DNA of 64,000 nt from Hydrolagus affinis (GCA_012026655.1 JAAILG010000237.1:1-64000), one strand, 5' to 3'. Shown: positions 35,001-48,235, counted from the first letter of the stretch. Notes: generated from the letters alone by a model not told the origin. Translations and numbers: made by a program.

Positions 35001-38000
35001 GGGGGAGCGGGCTGTGTGGAGCCCATTGGTCTCGGCCACGGCGGCCACTCTCACCGCCTCCCTCCTCCTCCTGCTGTTGGTCAGGAGGGGCTGCCGAGCG
35101 GTAAGTGCCCGATCCTCACCCTCACACACCCCCCCACACACCTACACCCTCCCTCACCTACACACATCTACATACACACACCCCCACCCTCACACACCCT
35201 CCCTCACCTACATCCCCACTCATACCCATCCTCACCTGCACCCACCCTTATCACTCTCATCCACCCACACCCTCATCTACACCCACATTCTCCACAAAAA
35301 TAACAATAAATTACCTTTTTATAGTGTCTTTCACACTGGGGACATCCCAAAGCACTGCCCCCACCCTCCTTACCCCTCACCAGGCAGTCAGCGCCGCTGC
35401 CGAACTCCTTAATGTGAAAGCCACCGCGCATTGGGGGCTTTATTATTTGCTTATTTTTAATTATGATTAATATATGTTTTGTAATAATAATAGTCTTGAT
35501 ATCGGACACGGCTCCCTTTCCCTCAGTGTTACCTAATAAAGCACTTTGCAGGATTTACGGTGAAGTGTAGTGACTGTGTATATTGCAGGCGAGTGCGATC
35601 AGCATGCAAAGCGAATGACTTTGTGAAGTGCGTGATGTTTTTAAATTAATCCTGCCCACATCATTCCACAACTGTTTTGTAGGATGTGCCGCAAGTAAGT
35701 TGGCTGCCGCATTTGCCCACAGGGTAGTTGCTAGACTTCACACTAAAGGTCAAGGGTTAGCACCTCAGTGCCCCGACACTGAACAACAACAACAAAATTA
35801 CATTTATACATTTCACGTCGGGAGGACGTTCCAAGGCGCTGAACAGCTATGTCGGGACCCGGGGAAGGGGGGAGGAGAGTAGGAACGGGGCTAGAGTTAA
35901 GGAGGGGAGCAGAAGGCACAGTCGAAGAGGATGGTCTTGAGACCGGCCTTGAAGGAGGAAAGGGAGGAAGCGAGGCGAAAGGATTGTGGGATGGAGTTCC
36001 AGAGTGTAGGGGCAGAGAGGCTGAAACCCCGGCCACCGATGGCAGGGCAGTTCGGGCGGGTGAAGGATGCTATCTAAACGCCAGTTGTTGTAAATCCTGT
36101 GCAGTGAGAAGGTCCTCCTGATGTTAAAACTACATCAAAGGAAAAGTTTCCTTTTTATTTACAATTGTTGAATTATCAATACATTGTTGTGGATATTGCT
36201 TATCGGCCTTTATTTATATTCTTTGGTACATTAGCACATGCAGATTGTGCTTTTCACCTGTCGTGTATACACTCACCTACGAAATAGACAATTGCTACAC
36301 TGTAGTAAATCCCAGTGAAGTGCTTTGAGATGTCGTCCTGATGTGAATGGCATTATTTAAAATGCAAGGATTATTATTTTTACGGTACGATGCATAACAA
36401 TTCATTGTTGTTTATGTTTTAGATTGGAAGCAGAAGATATCTTGGTGAGTTACCTAAACTATTATATGTGCATGTTTGTAATTCACATTAAAACACATTT
36501 GCAGGATGCTTGCTCATCTGTCTTTTTACAGACATCTTCATTGGATTTTTACGTCTACATAGCTGTTATGCATAATGTGTTTTTAATGAATGCATTGTAC
36601 AGATGAATACATTTTTAATTTTCTTCCTAGTGAGGGAGAGACGGCTTGCTGCAAAAGTTGCTGAGTTGCTTGATGAAAAATGCAAAGTTCTGGAAACACT
36701 AAGTGACTGTGAACAAAAGGTATAGACATTGATCAAAATGATGTGTTCTTTGATATTTTTCTAATATTCTAAGCACTGTGGTGAAACCATATCAGCAAGA
36801 TAGCAGCAGAAGCAGTTTTGTTCATTAGCTTGCTGAGAATGACGGATTGACAGCGTTATGTACCCTTCAGAGCTTTTGAAAACATTTTTAACAAGGAGAA
36901 TACTTTCAACCATAATAAATGTTTAGTCAGAAACAGTACTTCTACAAATCTATTCTTCTCCCCTCCCCACACACAAACAATTCAATATCTATATATAACT
37001 TGAAAGATTTCTATGTTTCTTCAAACTGCAGAACATATAAGCTCTGTCTACAGTGTTTACATAATTAAAAAAGTAACTTGTGTTGTTTCAGTACAAAGAA
37101 ATTGAATCTTCTTTAACGAACTTTACTGACGTCAAAGAGACTGCAGAAACAAGGACCCTGAATCTTCAGGTGAGAATACTGTGGGGGGGTGAAGAAAAAA
37201 TACTTTTTACTTAAATATAAACCATATAGAGAAGAGTTTCTCTTTCTTTTATTTGTTACATTTGCTGAGGACTTAAGTATGGTAATCAGTTGGGAGAATT
37301 GAGAGATTGATAGCGTTCAATGGTAGCACGAGTAAGGAATTGCAGATGGAATATAGTGTGGATAAATGCATGCCAATATACATTGTTATTACAGGAAATG
37401 TTGAAAGATTTACAGAATCGTTGGCATCCCTAGTATATCCACTGGGAAGACAGTTCACACACCCATTTCTAGACGAATAGGAATAGGATCACATGTATTA
37501 GTTTGATAATAATAATAGGTTTGATATCAGGTTATATGTAACTTTCAGTAGTTTGTTTTAAGCGTACAAATGAGTTTCTGTCAGTGTAGATAGCTAGCTA
37601 ACCAAAATAAAATAAATACTATTGAAAATAGTGCAATATAAAATCGAAACCCTTTGTTTCAGGAAACATACGCCAGGTTGGACAAGTCGAATGGCAATCT
37701 TAGACAAGCTGTTGAACAGTTCACACAAGAATTAGAGACCGAGAAGCATACAAGAATTGAACATGATAGTCTGGTATGTAACCATCATGTGTGTCTTTGT
37801 TTTAATTACTAACAGTTCTATTTGATTTACAACCATAGGCATCTGTCAAAGATAACAATAAAGACCCAGTTCCTGTTTAGCTCTTAATTGTAATTTTACT
37901 TGCAGATTACAGAAATTCAGACAAATTTAAATGCCTTGGAAACTGAAGCACATGGTCTCAAAATCCAAGTTAAAGAGGTAAAGGTGAACAATATGTGATC

Positions 38001-41000
38001 AGCCAACCAAAGTGTTTGACAATTTAAAGAGTTGAATTAAAACAGCAACTTCATTTTTTTTTGCATGTGTCATTTAAGGCTAAAAGTGAACTGGAAGGAA
38101 TTCTGAATAATGATACAAGACGTCAGGAATCTTTGCAAGCTGCAAAAGAGGAAAATTATCACCTCAAAGAAAGTAAAGAGCAGGTGTGTCTCATGTAATC
38201 CTCTAGTAAAAATGAGCTGAGTTGTCGAGTTAAAGCAACATGTTGAATACTCCAGTATGAAAAAGAGTCCAATATGCATACGTGTGAATACAGTGCCTTA
38301 GGAATTTATTTTCCTAATTGTGATCTTATTTTGCGTCTCGCACGCAGCTCTTGCGAGAAGCAGAAGGATGGGGTGAACGACATAGTGAACTCACAGAACA
38401 AATTAAGTTATGCGAGAAATCTCAGAAGGACATGAAGGAGATTCTTGGAACTAAGGATAACCAGGTGAAGGTAAGTGGGTGCTCTATGAATTGAAGCTGG
38501 ACTATTGTAAGCAACCTATGTTACAAGCTGTTCATTTCAGAATTTCATTTCCCCCAGTCTCTAACCGACTGCCTTCTGAAATTGAGGGTGTGGAACTCGG
38601 AGGAAGAGGATAATTCCGCAGATGATAACGGATTGGACAAGGCAGAGAATAAAGCTGAAAATGGAGATCACTCGGGTAAATAATCGGAAATATTGATGTA
38701 TGTCGTCTTGTTTCTGAAACACGACCTATTCGACCCACTTGTATTAAAATAGTGGAATATGTCTACTGTTGTGAGCTCCAGTTGACCTCCAAACAAGAGC
38801 ACCAGATGTCTATTGTGCCACCCTTTGTGCAGTGGGTTTGGGAATGATGTAATTAACGACCTAATTGAGCTTTGAGAAAAGCCGTTTGGACCCTGGAATA
38901 ATCTTGAGCATCCATCTGAAAACAAATGGAAGCCTGGGGAGAAAGTGTATGAATACACAGTTATAGTCTATTATGCATCTTATCCTTGGATGTTCCCTTA
39001 AATTAGCAAAACATTGGCTTTAGTATTTATAAACTTTGTCAGTAACATTGTTTTGTTAGTAACCAGCTTTTGAACATTGTGGCTGAATTCAAATATGTTA
39101 AGAGGAATGTGGGCAAAACAGTTCTGTTCACATATCAGCAAGCTATTGTTACACACACATTATATGCATGTGTTCCTCAGATTTAAACAGATCTAGGAGA
39201 ACAATAGTGTATTGTATGGCATCCTTTTCAGACCTTGTGTCCTAAGTTTCAGTGAGTGTCACTGACGTTTTTTTCAAATCCTTTATACCAGCAGAGATAA
39301 CAGAAGAAGAACAGAAGCAAAAGATTGAGAAATTAATTTTTGTTGCTAAGGTAAGTTTTACAGGACCAACATATTAGTTAGATTCTTTTAAAAACAAACT
39401 GATATTGTACTCTTATTCCCCCCTAAATATCCACCTCATAGTATGTGGCACATTTGGTGTGCCAAAAAACAACATATTCCTACCTTAATGACCTCTGTTA
39501 GAAGACACAGTGTACAAGGAAATACATTGATATGGCACTAACTACTGTATTATTATATTAGATTCAGAATCTAGCTATACAGGAAGCTTAGAATAGCCTA
39601 GAATAGGCTGTACATTCATTTCTGTTTTGACCTACACAAACAATCTTCTGAATAGTCTTTTTGAAATTATTCCTTTTTTCTCTTTCTCTCCTGCCCCCCC
39701 TCCCCCCACCCCCACCCCCACAATCCAAATAGTTCAATATGTAATAGGAGGAGCAACAATCATAATCGGATCCCATTACCAACCAGTGGTACAGTGGATT
39801 TATGCTGCAATATCTGCTTATTTTGTTAAGAATTACATTGCCATTTGCATCAGGTTCAGTGAGATTTATGTCAAGCCATTCAATTCTGACTAACAACAGT
39901 AAATGCCAGTCTCATGGGATTAGGTCAGAAATAATAGATTGGTCTTCAACTGGCATGTATGAAGTGATCAAAAAGGTCTCAGATACTCTCCCAACTTACT
40001 ATTCTGCTTCATGCTGGGGTGTTTTATTTTGTGGTGTTGCAGTGAGCCTCAAGAAGCTTAAGATTGATTGGTTATAATTCAGTGTAGGATTGATCACCAA
40101 TTTGATAACTTTAATTACGTTCAAAGAAAACAGCGGAAGAAACTGTCTGGGGAAATTTGTAATTAAATTACATTTTTTTTTGCATTTCTTCCAAGAACAT
40201 GTAAATTATTGGCTGTCTGTTCACCTGGTGGCGTTTCGTGCGAGACACACCACACTAAGATTATTCATAAAATTCTCCCCTTATTTCAGCTATAAAAACT
40301 GTTAGGAAGAAATGGGAAGTGTATCTTAGATATTTACATTGGTACAAGTATATGTACTATATGCAGTTGTGTTTCCATATCTTATTTTGAATAAACTGTT
40401 TGAATCCCCTTTAGTTAAATGCCAGCTTAAAGTCAGTGGAGGAAGAAAGAAACCATATTCGTAGCAGACTGTCTGATGAAATCAAAGCAAAGCAAGAGCT
40501 GACAGGTAATTGCAGTGTAAGGCCCTAGGCCACGCTGGCTACATTGGCACAAACTGATTATTTTACAGAAGTTAGATTGGATTAGTGGTGAGTGGGGCTG
40601 GGTTGGGGGGGAGGAAATTTAACTGAATGGTTTTACCCAGAGGCAGCTGAAGGTTTGAACTGGCACATTTTATAACAAAATGATCAAGTGATGTAATGGA
40701 GCCGCCTTTACAGCTGGTCACGGGAGCAACATCTAATGTACTGACTCCATCTGTCGCAAGGAAAATTCCTCTGCACTGCCTCAGCTTGAAGACCATTTAG
40801 CTTGTTTACCGTTTACCCGAGTAGTTGTCCTCCCTTCAGAAGATCTGGATCTTCTATATTTTGGGGTTTCATGACACTTAAAATGCCTCTTTTTGCCAAA
40901 GAAATGCATTTGTGTTGCCCTGTTCTTCCGTGCTTTTATTAGCTATATTATATTGCTTGAATATTTAAATGTGTGTATTATTAGCTCTTGTTACTTTCTG

Positions 41001-44000
41001 AGCGAGGTACCCTAATGCATGACATTTATGCCATTATATCTTTGCATTCATGTCCCTGTATAACAATTGTTACTCTTGACTATACTATAAATTGTGATTG
41101 TTGGCTTTGCTTCATCTCTTATGAAAACTCTATTAAACATTACTAAAGACTTAATGTAACTTAAACTTGTGATGTCTTCATTAAAAGTTATCTATTTCTT
41201 TTGGCAGAACGAATTGAAAAACTTCAACTGGAACACAGCTCTGTACAGAGCGAAAAATCAAATTTTCAAGGAGATCATAAAACCCTCCAACAAAAGTTGA
41301 AGCTCATGACTGAAATGTACCACGAGAAAGAAATGGAGCTTCAAAGGTGGGAAGAACCAGTGACGGCACAAAACGTTCTAGAACAAACACTCTGCTTGTC
41401 AATTATTCAGTTGCTGATTAGTATTTTGCCTCTTACATTATTGACATCATGTTAAATGCAATAGTGTATTGCTATAAAGTACCATGAGGTGAATCGCGAC
41501 CCTGGCCAAACACTGGGGGATGATTATAGAGGAGTTCCAATACAACAACAACTTTACATTTATATATAGTGCATTTCATGTCAGAAGAATCTCAAGACGC
41601 TTGACAAATCCTGGGCTGATACTACTTAACTTTACTTGCTCTTAGCAACAGTAGCTTGTATTTCCATTTAGCGGTGGCTTGCGTTGCACTTGTTTGTGTT
41701 TGAAACTTGCTGGTGTTCAGCCAATAATTGCACCTAGAGAGTGCCAAAACCCACAAGAGACAAACCTGTGCTGTTAAAGTAGAACAATTGTCTTTTCCCG
41801 AATACAACTCTTTCTGGCCCTTAAAAACTGCTGTGTACCGATTGCATTGTAGATTCCTGAAGCCGGTGATTGTGAGAGGTTGGTATGCGATTCACCTCAT
41901 CCCAATCACCCTGTGTCGTGCAGCCTTGCCCGACACAGTTTAAAATGAGCACTTTTAAGAACATTGTACAGTATTTTAAGTAATTATATTATTTAATTGT
42001 CCCCTAGAAAGGTAACTCTGGAAGAAAATCAACGTGTACAGAAGGAAGAAAAGCTTTCTGAAGCTGATCAGAAGTTCAGTCAGGCGACTGAAGAACTCAG
42101 CTGCTACAGGTAACTGCACGTGTAACTAGCTTGTCATTTGATATAGGTCTTGAATTTTCCATTCAAATTCTGTTACTCCTATGCTTCTCTTCTTTTGCAG
42201 ACAGCGTTCTAAAGACCTTGAAGAAGAATTAGCTAAAACTATTCAATCTTATAAAAACCAGGTACTTTTTGTTTTAAATTCCCAACTCAATTTCAGATTT
42301 GATTTTCATTATCCAACTTCTACACTGGTGTTATTTTACTGAATCGAAACTAAATGATACTGCTCATGTAAGCCCAGTCTGTGCTGTGAAACTATGAAAG
42401 CTAATGTTGAAACACTTCCTGGTGGAAATCTCAAGTCAACCAGGTATTTCCTGTTTCATTTAAATAGCTCAGTTGTCAACATAACTCTTGCGTGGTGTGC
42501 ACACAGTGAGCCAGCTGGGATTTGCTGACTCTCTTCCCTTTTGTTTTTAAATAAAGTCATCATACATGATATCTAATTGATGTACATACTTTTAGGTTGT
42601 GTCTCTTAAAAAAAAAAGCACGATAATAAAATTGGTCATTTTCAATCCATGACTGTAGGGACACTGCTGTACGCAATTGGCTGCCGCATTTCGCCTACAA
42701 ATATAGTCAATTAATTTTACAGTATATTTTGAGAAGTGCTTTGAGGCATCAATAAGATGTGCCCTATATCAAATTCAAGGATTATTGTTATTATTGCCTT
42801 TCACCTCTGTTGCACTAAACCTCAAATATACTGCATGGAGTGCTGCATTGTCCAAATAAAACAGATTCAGTCAATATTGTCAAATGTGCACTATTACATT
42901 AGTTGCTTTAAAAAATCCTTAGAAGTAAAATGTTATTTACATTGACCTTTAGTCAACACTTTTCCTTTGCATTTGCATTGCAGATTGCATCTCACGAGAA
43001 AAAAGCGCATGATAATTGGGTGAGTTTTAGAAGACAAATGCAATGTATTCCTAGCCAATACCCCGAGCGTTGCCATTCTCTAACTATAGTTCTGAATTAT
43101 AAAATTTAAATTACGATAAATGTTCCAATATATGTGAAATTAAACAGTATTTCACAGTCTAGCACTGAAAAAAATTAGATAACCTGTGCTATAATGATTT
43201 TGCATATTTTTTATGATGAATGTTTAAACCAGAATTAGCAGAATAATCAATCTTTGAATAAGCTTCAGTTTGTTTTTGTGAATGGATTGCTTCTTTATAA
43301 GTCCCTAAGGGTTATATTTGGAATCTCTAGATATCTTAGTGTTTGATCATCTTAATGCAGCTTTTTTGTTAACAATTAAGTAATTTTATTTGCAGCTGTC
43401 AGCTCGTGAAGCTGATCGAGAACACGGAAACATTAAAAGAGAGACCACCCACCTTCGACAAAAGTAAACTGCCACCTGCTCTCAGAACATTTATCTTCAT
43501 ACCTGTTCTTGTTATAATAATAATCATTGTTTAATTTGTTATAGCACCTTATTAATTAACTGTATATATTCTGTGCTTGAACCAACTTTATTTATAGAGC
43601 AATGCAGTGAGTTGTTGAAATGCATCAGTATTAAATCCCTTCATTATATTTAAGAATACTTACCACATCAGTGTAATAAACATTCCCATTGCAATGGAAT
43701 TTCTTTCTTTCTTGCTGCCGATATACCACTTCAGGCTGCTTCCATACCTATACAATGCAAACTTACTATAAATTGCACATTGGAGAGCCATTTGTTTCAG
43801 TTGTGTGACACAACTGTGTTCTGAAATTCGCAGGATAACTGAAGCTGAATTCACTTTGGATTTGGTACTGAAGGAACCGTTTATCAACAATGTACCTGGG
43901 AGGCCAGCATTACTAAGTCCATCATTTGCTCCACAGTACAGAGGTACTGCAATTTTTGTTCTGTCAGTGTTTTAGCTAATCAAATACTACTTTTTTTAAA

Positions 44001-47000
44001 CTGCAATTTGTACCTGAAATATGTACTTTATGCTCTGAAATAATTCTCGAATCTATTTATTCAGGAGGAAGCTCTCCGTACAGCCTTACCTTAGTGGATC
44101 GGCCTTCCCCTGAACCCGCAGGTTTTCTGTCGCCTGCATTTCTGGACGGACCCTTAAGATTTTCACCTCTGTTTCCCGGAAGACCAGACTTTAGAAGTAA
44201 TTTACCTCATCTAATTTAAAAAGAAATACAGAATGCTTAGCAATTGGGTTATGCTATACTGTATTCATGGTCTACTTTATTGAACCATAGCTTAAACATT
44301 ATTTTAAAACAAGTAAAATGTGGCAGTCTGTTCCGAATTATGGAAATGATTACTAGAATTGTGTATTCATTCTGCTTTCTTTTCCTGGTTAATAGCTAAA
44401 GGTCCAACAGTCAATCTAGATCAACCTGGCAATGAAAATATGGATTCAGCTTCTGACCGAATGTCTGACCACCAAGGTCCACAGTCTGATAGTGGATCCC
44501 TGTCCCCTACATGGGAAAGAGAACGGAGGCCAATTGGAGCATCGCCAGGTATATGGGTCAAATACTTAGTGGAATAGGATAGTGTATGGAGGGGAATTTT
44601 AGTGATGCATAGATTGGGATTACCTGATAATAGAATTGAAGAGGGCTCTTGTTAATATTTCTACACTAAATCCTTTTAAAGATTTACATTTCTCAGGAAA
44701 CCTTTGATATAATGCTTTTAACCGATCGCTGCATGCTGTTTCACAATGCTGTCCGTGTGTTCTAAACATGGAATAGGGAATGCTTATAATGAATCTTATC
44801 ACCGAGCACCAGAAAGAGGTCACCATACATCTTCAGGAAAATTTTGTGGATCAGCAGAATTGCACAGAAATGCTCTAGATAGAATAGGTGCAGTATCTGG
44901 AGCACTCTGGTCATTTTTGTATTCCAGAAGAAGTAGAAAAGGAGTCAACGGAAGTAGTGAAAGAAAGTTGGTTGATTTAACACTTAGAACTTCTGTGCAA
45001 TTAGGTAGTTGCAATAGCAAACCTAATCTTTAAATCTTCAATTACACTACAGGATTTTTTTTAAGTTACCTCCAAACGCCCTCCACAAGTTCCCCAATGG
45101 TGATTTTTCACAGTGGCCAAAGGCCATGCACAATAAATTGTGGAGATTAGATTGCGAAACTGTTACAATGTCTTGCCTTAAAGTTGTAGAAATATTTTTA
45201 ACTTCTTTCCAACCTTTTAAAAGTTCTAAAATATTTTACAGGCTTTTTCTTTCCAGCTGGTTCTCTCTATCACTCTTGAAGCTGGGAGCAACTTTTTTAT
45301 TTTAAAAGGTGGGGGATTTTGAAGTCAATTGACAGTTCAGATTATTAAGATTGACAGCCACATCCTGGACTTTGCTATCCAACACATTGTTGTTATATGA
45401 GGATGGTTGAGGCAGAATCTGCCAACAGGGCAATACATTGACAGCTTCTCGAGGCCTGACCACATCCGGAAAAGTGAACACATCCGGAAAAGTGAACGCA
45501 TCCGTTGTGTTGTACAATCTCAATCTTAGGCAAGAATTACTGCTGTCGTAGTTGAGGAGTTAAGGATATCACTTCACCTACTTAACATGATGTTTGGTTT
45601 GTACAGATGGTCGTCCACAGATGGAAAATAGAGAAATGTCCGATCCTTCTGTAGAGAATCAATTCCAGGGGCGTGTAAGTTTAGTGGTACATAATTAAAA
45701 TACTTCTAGATGCTTTTCTGTAAATCTGCCATTCCAATGTCCATATTCTTGTTTCTACATTACTTGCTAGAATTTCTAAAACATTACCTTAGCTAGAACA
45801 CTACTCAGCTTACAAGTCCCCAGTGATCTTTTGTCTCTCTCCCCCAAAGGATCAATTTCAAGGTCCTCACCTGTAAATACTTTCATACCCTAATATCTCA
45901 CTAACTATGTGATATTCTATCCCACTCTTTTCCTCTCTGTTCCACTCTACAAACCGGGGCTGCAAGGTCCCTCACCTCGTAGACCTTCAGCAACTACACT
46001 CCCAACCGCAAGCACTCCCTCCCTTTACCCCTCTGCCTCATTCCCCTCTCTATTTGATTTTAAATCCCTTCTAAAAGAACTACTTCTTCCTCCACAATTC
46101 CTCCCCCTCCACCTGACACCGTCTTTGTAAAGTGCTGTAAGATGTTGTTACGTGAAGATTGCTATATAAATACAATGTGATGGATTGTTTCTTTGATAAT
46201 GCTCCCTGATTTTTGTTCTGAGTATCAGATTTTGTTGCTAGAGATTAAGCATTTGTAACCGTCTCTACAGGGAATGCTGCATGCATCAAACCATCCTCTC
46301 CGTGCTGAAGCCGAATTTGGAGGTAGACCTGTTTTTGCACCCATCTCTCCGATGCGAAACCCTCCTTTGGTTGTTGATCTAAGAGGTCACTTTCCACATA
46401 GGGTTCCATTGCTTCCTCCACGTGGTGGAGTTTATGGCCCTCCAGAACATTTTCCACCAGGGTCTTTTGGTTTTCCACCACATCCACCGATAGGAAGTAA
46501 GTAATATTAAATATGCTAATTGATTCATGTTTCCAATAGTGCTTAGTGCAATTGTATGTAATAAGACTATGCAAGAAAATGTTGTCTTAACCTCAAAAGA
46601 GAACTTCCAATCTCTTCACCAGATTGGTTCTAGATAATTTTATAGATTTAGATCTGAGATTCTTTTGGCCAAGAACTAGGGCAATCGTTCAAATGTTGAC
46701 TTTTTACAGACAAAATATTTCCACCAAATATAAAAAAGTGAACTTCTAGAAGGTTTTGATGTGAGATCAATAGAGCAATGCTGAAGTGAGCATTAGGAAA
46801 ATAATTAGGGTGAGTTGCACAGATGTTATCAGTCTTGTTGATAACATCTCGGCTCCACCATTGGAGGATGCACATTCGGCCACTATACCTTGAAACTCTG
46901 GAACACTCTCCATCAATCCCTCTGCCTTGCCCCTCTCCCCCTTTTCAAGTCGTGCCTGAAAACCTTCTTTTTCGACCATGCTGGGTGGGTTTCCTGACCA

Positions 47001-47252
47001 TGCTAGTAGTTATTATTATATTCATCTAGAGTCAAATGTCATATGTACTAAAAATGAATATGTTTTTTTTACTTTTTTTTAGTGAGAAATCCCCTACCTC
47101 CAGGAGCATATTTATCCAGTTTCCCACCATCTCAACCTACTTTTCTTCCGCAAAGACCATCCTCAGACGGTACAAGTGGCCTTCCTTTACAGGTTCCTTC
47201 ACCCAGCTTGCCTCTTACAGAAGAGCATCCACCACCATCAGAAGAAAAATAA
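23078..47252 (+). CDS. MIA2: MIA2/TALI (MIA SH3 domain ER export factor 2, long MIA2-cTAGE5 form), ~2487 aa; exons 23078-23192, 23663-23796, 24173-24259, 25310-29594, 31070-31444, 31549-31652, 34981-35100, 36423-36444, 36631-36719, 37092-37169, 37663-37773, 37906-37977, 38079-38183, 38348-38470, 38558-38675, 39292-39350, 40415-40505, 41208-41346, 42008-42109, 42201-42261, 42984-43019, 43396-43463, 43834-43943, 44065-44196, 44396-44548, 44777-44887, 45607-45674, 46271-46496, 47083-47252
   Basis: Signal peptide plus MIA SH3-like domain ([36 protein letters not shown]), TM exon, coiled coils ([10 protein letters not shown]), SDSGSLSP motif, proline-rich tail; 29 GT-AG exons sum to 7464 nt in one frame; flanked by PNN and FBXO33 as in mammals. 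Confidence 0.93.
24525..25141 (+). mobile_element. CR1-clade LINE 3' fragment in MIA2 intron 3
   Basis: [61 protein letters not shown]; ends in tctatgattctatga CR1 terminal repeat. Confidence 0.92.
25310..29594 (+). CDS. MIA2: MIA2 giant lumenal exon 4 (4285 nt)
   Basis: Acceptor ttctttcAG at 25309, uninterrupted frame containing the 1373-aa ORF, donor AAG|gtattg at 29594. Confidence 0.93.
30225..30360 (-). mobile_element. Decayed copy of an older SINE-like family (related to 48040-48230 and 63000-63215)
   Basis: Shares ctgagatcagct and flanking motifs with the reverse complement of 63040-63060. Confidence 0.45.
30630..30852 (-). mobile_element. Deu-type SINE, 5'-truncated
   Basis: Reverse complement of tail and core (gcggcagccaattgcacacagca). 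Confidence 0.8.
33639..33920 (+). mobile_element. Near full-length tRNA-derived SINE
   Basis: ggagtcctgtagctcagtggttggagcactcg...gttcgaatcc head, core and tail as at 8995. Confidence 0.85.
34280..34770 (+). repeat. ~490-bp CT-rich low-complexity pyrimidine tract
   Basis: Almost G-free runs of ctctc/ctccc/ctcact. Confidence 0.9.
34771..35100 (+). promoter_or_regulatory. Internal CpG-island promoter (cTAGE5-type)
   Basis: CCGGAAG ETS site 34783-34789, YY1-type GATGGCGG at 34803, putative donor G|gtgagg at 34828/34829, high CpG density in an AT-rich gene. Confidence 0.65.
34993..47252 (+). CDS. MIA2: cTAGE5-type short isoform of MIA2 (~783 aa) from an internal CpG promoter
   Basis: In-frame ATG ([12 protein letters not shown]...) inside TM exon 34981-35100, downstream of a CpG island with ETS and YY1 motifs; cTAGE5 isoforms are established for this locus. 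Confidence 0.6.
35110..35295 (+). repeat. CA/C-rich low-complexity tract
   Basis: cacaccc/ccctcac repeats just downstream of the TM exon donor. Confidence 0.8.
35660..36380. mobile_element. SINE core fragment, minus-strand L2 3' end (~35785-36060) and SINE tail (~36290-36378)
   Basis: Matches to the recurring L2 and SINE motifs. Confidence 0.7.
42625..42795 (+). mobile_element. Deu-type SINE 3' half
   Basis: gggacactgctgtacgcaattggctgccgcatttcgcctacaaat core plus tail. Confidence 0.8.
45461..45504. repeat. 18-bp tandem duplication (~2.4 copies)
   Basis: cacatccggaaaagtgaa x2 plus cgcatccg. Confidence 0.9.
45840..46178 (+). mobile_element. Decayed L2 3' fragment
   Basis: ggatcaatttcaaggtcctcacc (RINFKVL-like) and gtaaagtgct...gctatataaatacaa tail. 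Confidence 0.65.
46845..46985 (+). mobile_element. Short L2 fragment
   Basis: ctccaccattggagg...aactctggaacactctcc, similar to 20385-20500. Confidence 0.55.
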
Positions 47253-47429
47253 ATGGCTGATTGAGAATAACTAAAGATCGAAATATACTGTGGTTGGCGG
47301 GGAAAAAAAATGCAAACATGAACGTAAGGATTAAGTACAAATGAGAACATTATGCATTATTTTTAATGCTGTTTAGCATAAGTACTTTGTTTGTAGCATT
47401 GAATATTTAGTGATAACGTTCCAGTATGT

Positions 47430-47435
47430 AATAAA
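47430..47435 (+). terminator. Candidate MIA2 poly(A) signal
   Basis: AATAAA 177 nt after the stop codon, TGTA upstream, T/GT-rich element downstream. Confidence 0.5.
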
Positions 47436-48039
47436 GGCACATGAGTTTTTTTATATGTATTGTTTGATTAGAAGTACAGTATACATCTCAGGAGTCTTAC
47501 TTTGAACATTTAAAAAATATACTTTTACTGTGCAATAATGTGAAGGTTAGTTTGCCATATTGGAGCAAGGTTCTGCAATGCACTATTTTATTTAAGGATT
47601 TTTTGTTTCTTACCAGTGCATTGCAGACAGAATATGTTCACTCTTTAACAGGGTTTTTTATAGTAACAGTATTTGAATTGCTGCCATTCTTTGTAACTAG
47701 AAGAAATGCTGCTTATGTGCATGTCCTAAGTGGGTGTGTTTGTGCTTGGCTCCACTGATCTAAATTGCAGTTTCATAGTCTTAATATAAAAGGAGTGTCT
47801 GAACATTCATGAATATGTAAATCTGTTTAATGTTAAATATAGAAAAACCTTTCATTTAGATTTAATTTCTCTATTCTGAAGGTGCCAACTCTTGCTGAGA
47901 TACGGTTCCACTGGCAACCCTTTGATATTTTGTCCAAGTGGTCATTTTTGATGTGTGAGCCTAGGTAGTGAGCATTTTCAGGCTATTCAAGCATTAAGAT
48001 GATTCAAGGCTGATTGTTCTCACTTGATGTCAAACAATA

Positions 48040-48235
48040 AGCACTTTCCAGCAGGGGATCATTGGATAGTGATCAGTCAGGACACTCCCCCCAGCTGTTC
48101 CTCCCTCTAGTTATCTTGAGGATGCGAAGGGCAATTAAAAGGACCCTCCTGGTGTTGCAGCTAACTCCAAAGACCAAGGACTGAACCTACAACTATTTGG
48201 TCTGTATGGCTTGGTGTTACTCAGGATGGTACCTT
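48040..48235 (-). mobile_element. Older SINE-like family copy
   Basis: Reverse complement is similar to 63000-63200 (agcca..cagacca, ctgatcactatcca motifs). Confidence 0.5.

Noticed and set aside
34274-35470. Long Leu/Ser/Pro- and His/Thr/Pro-rich ORFs
   Set aside because: Products of low-complexity CT and CA tracts; only 34981-35100 is a supportable exon
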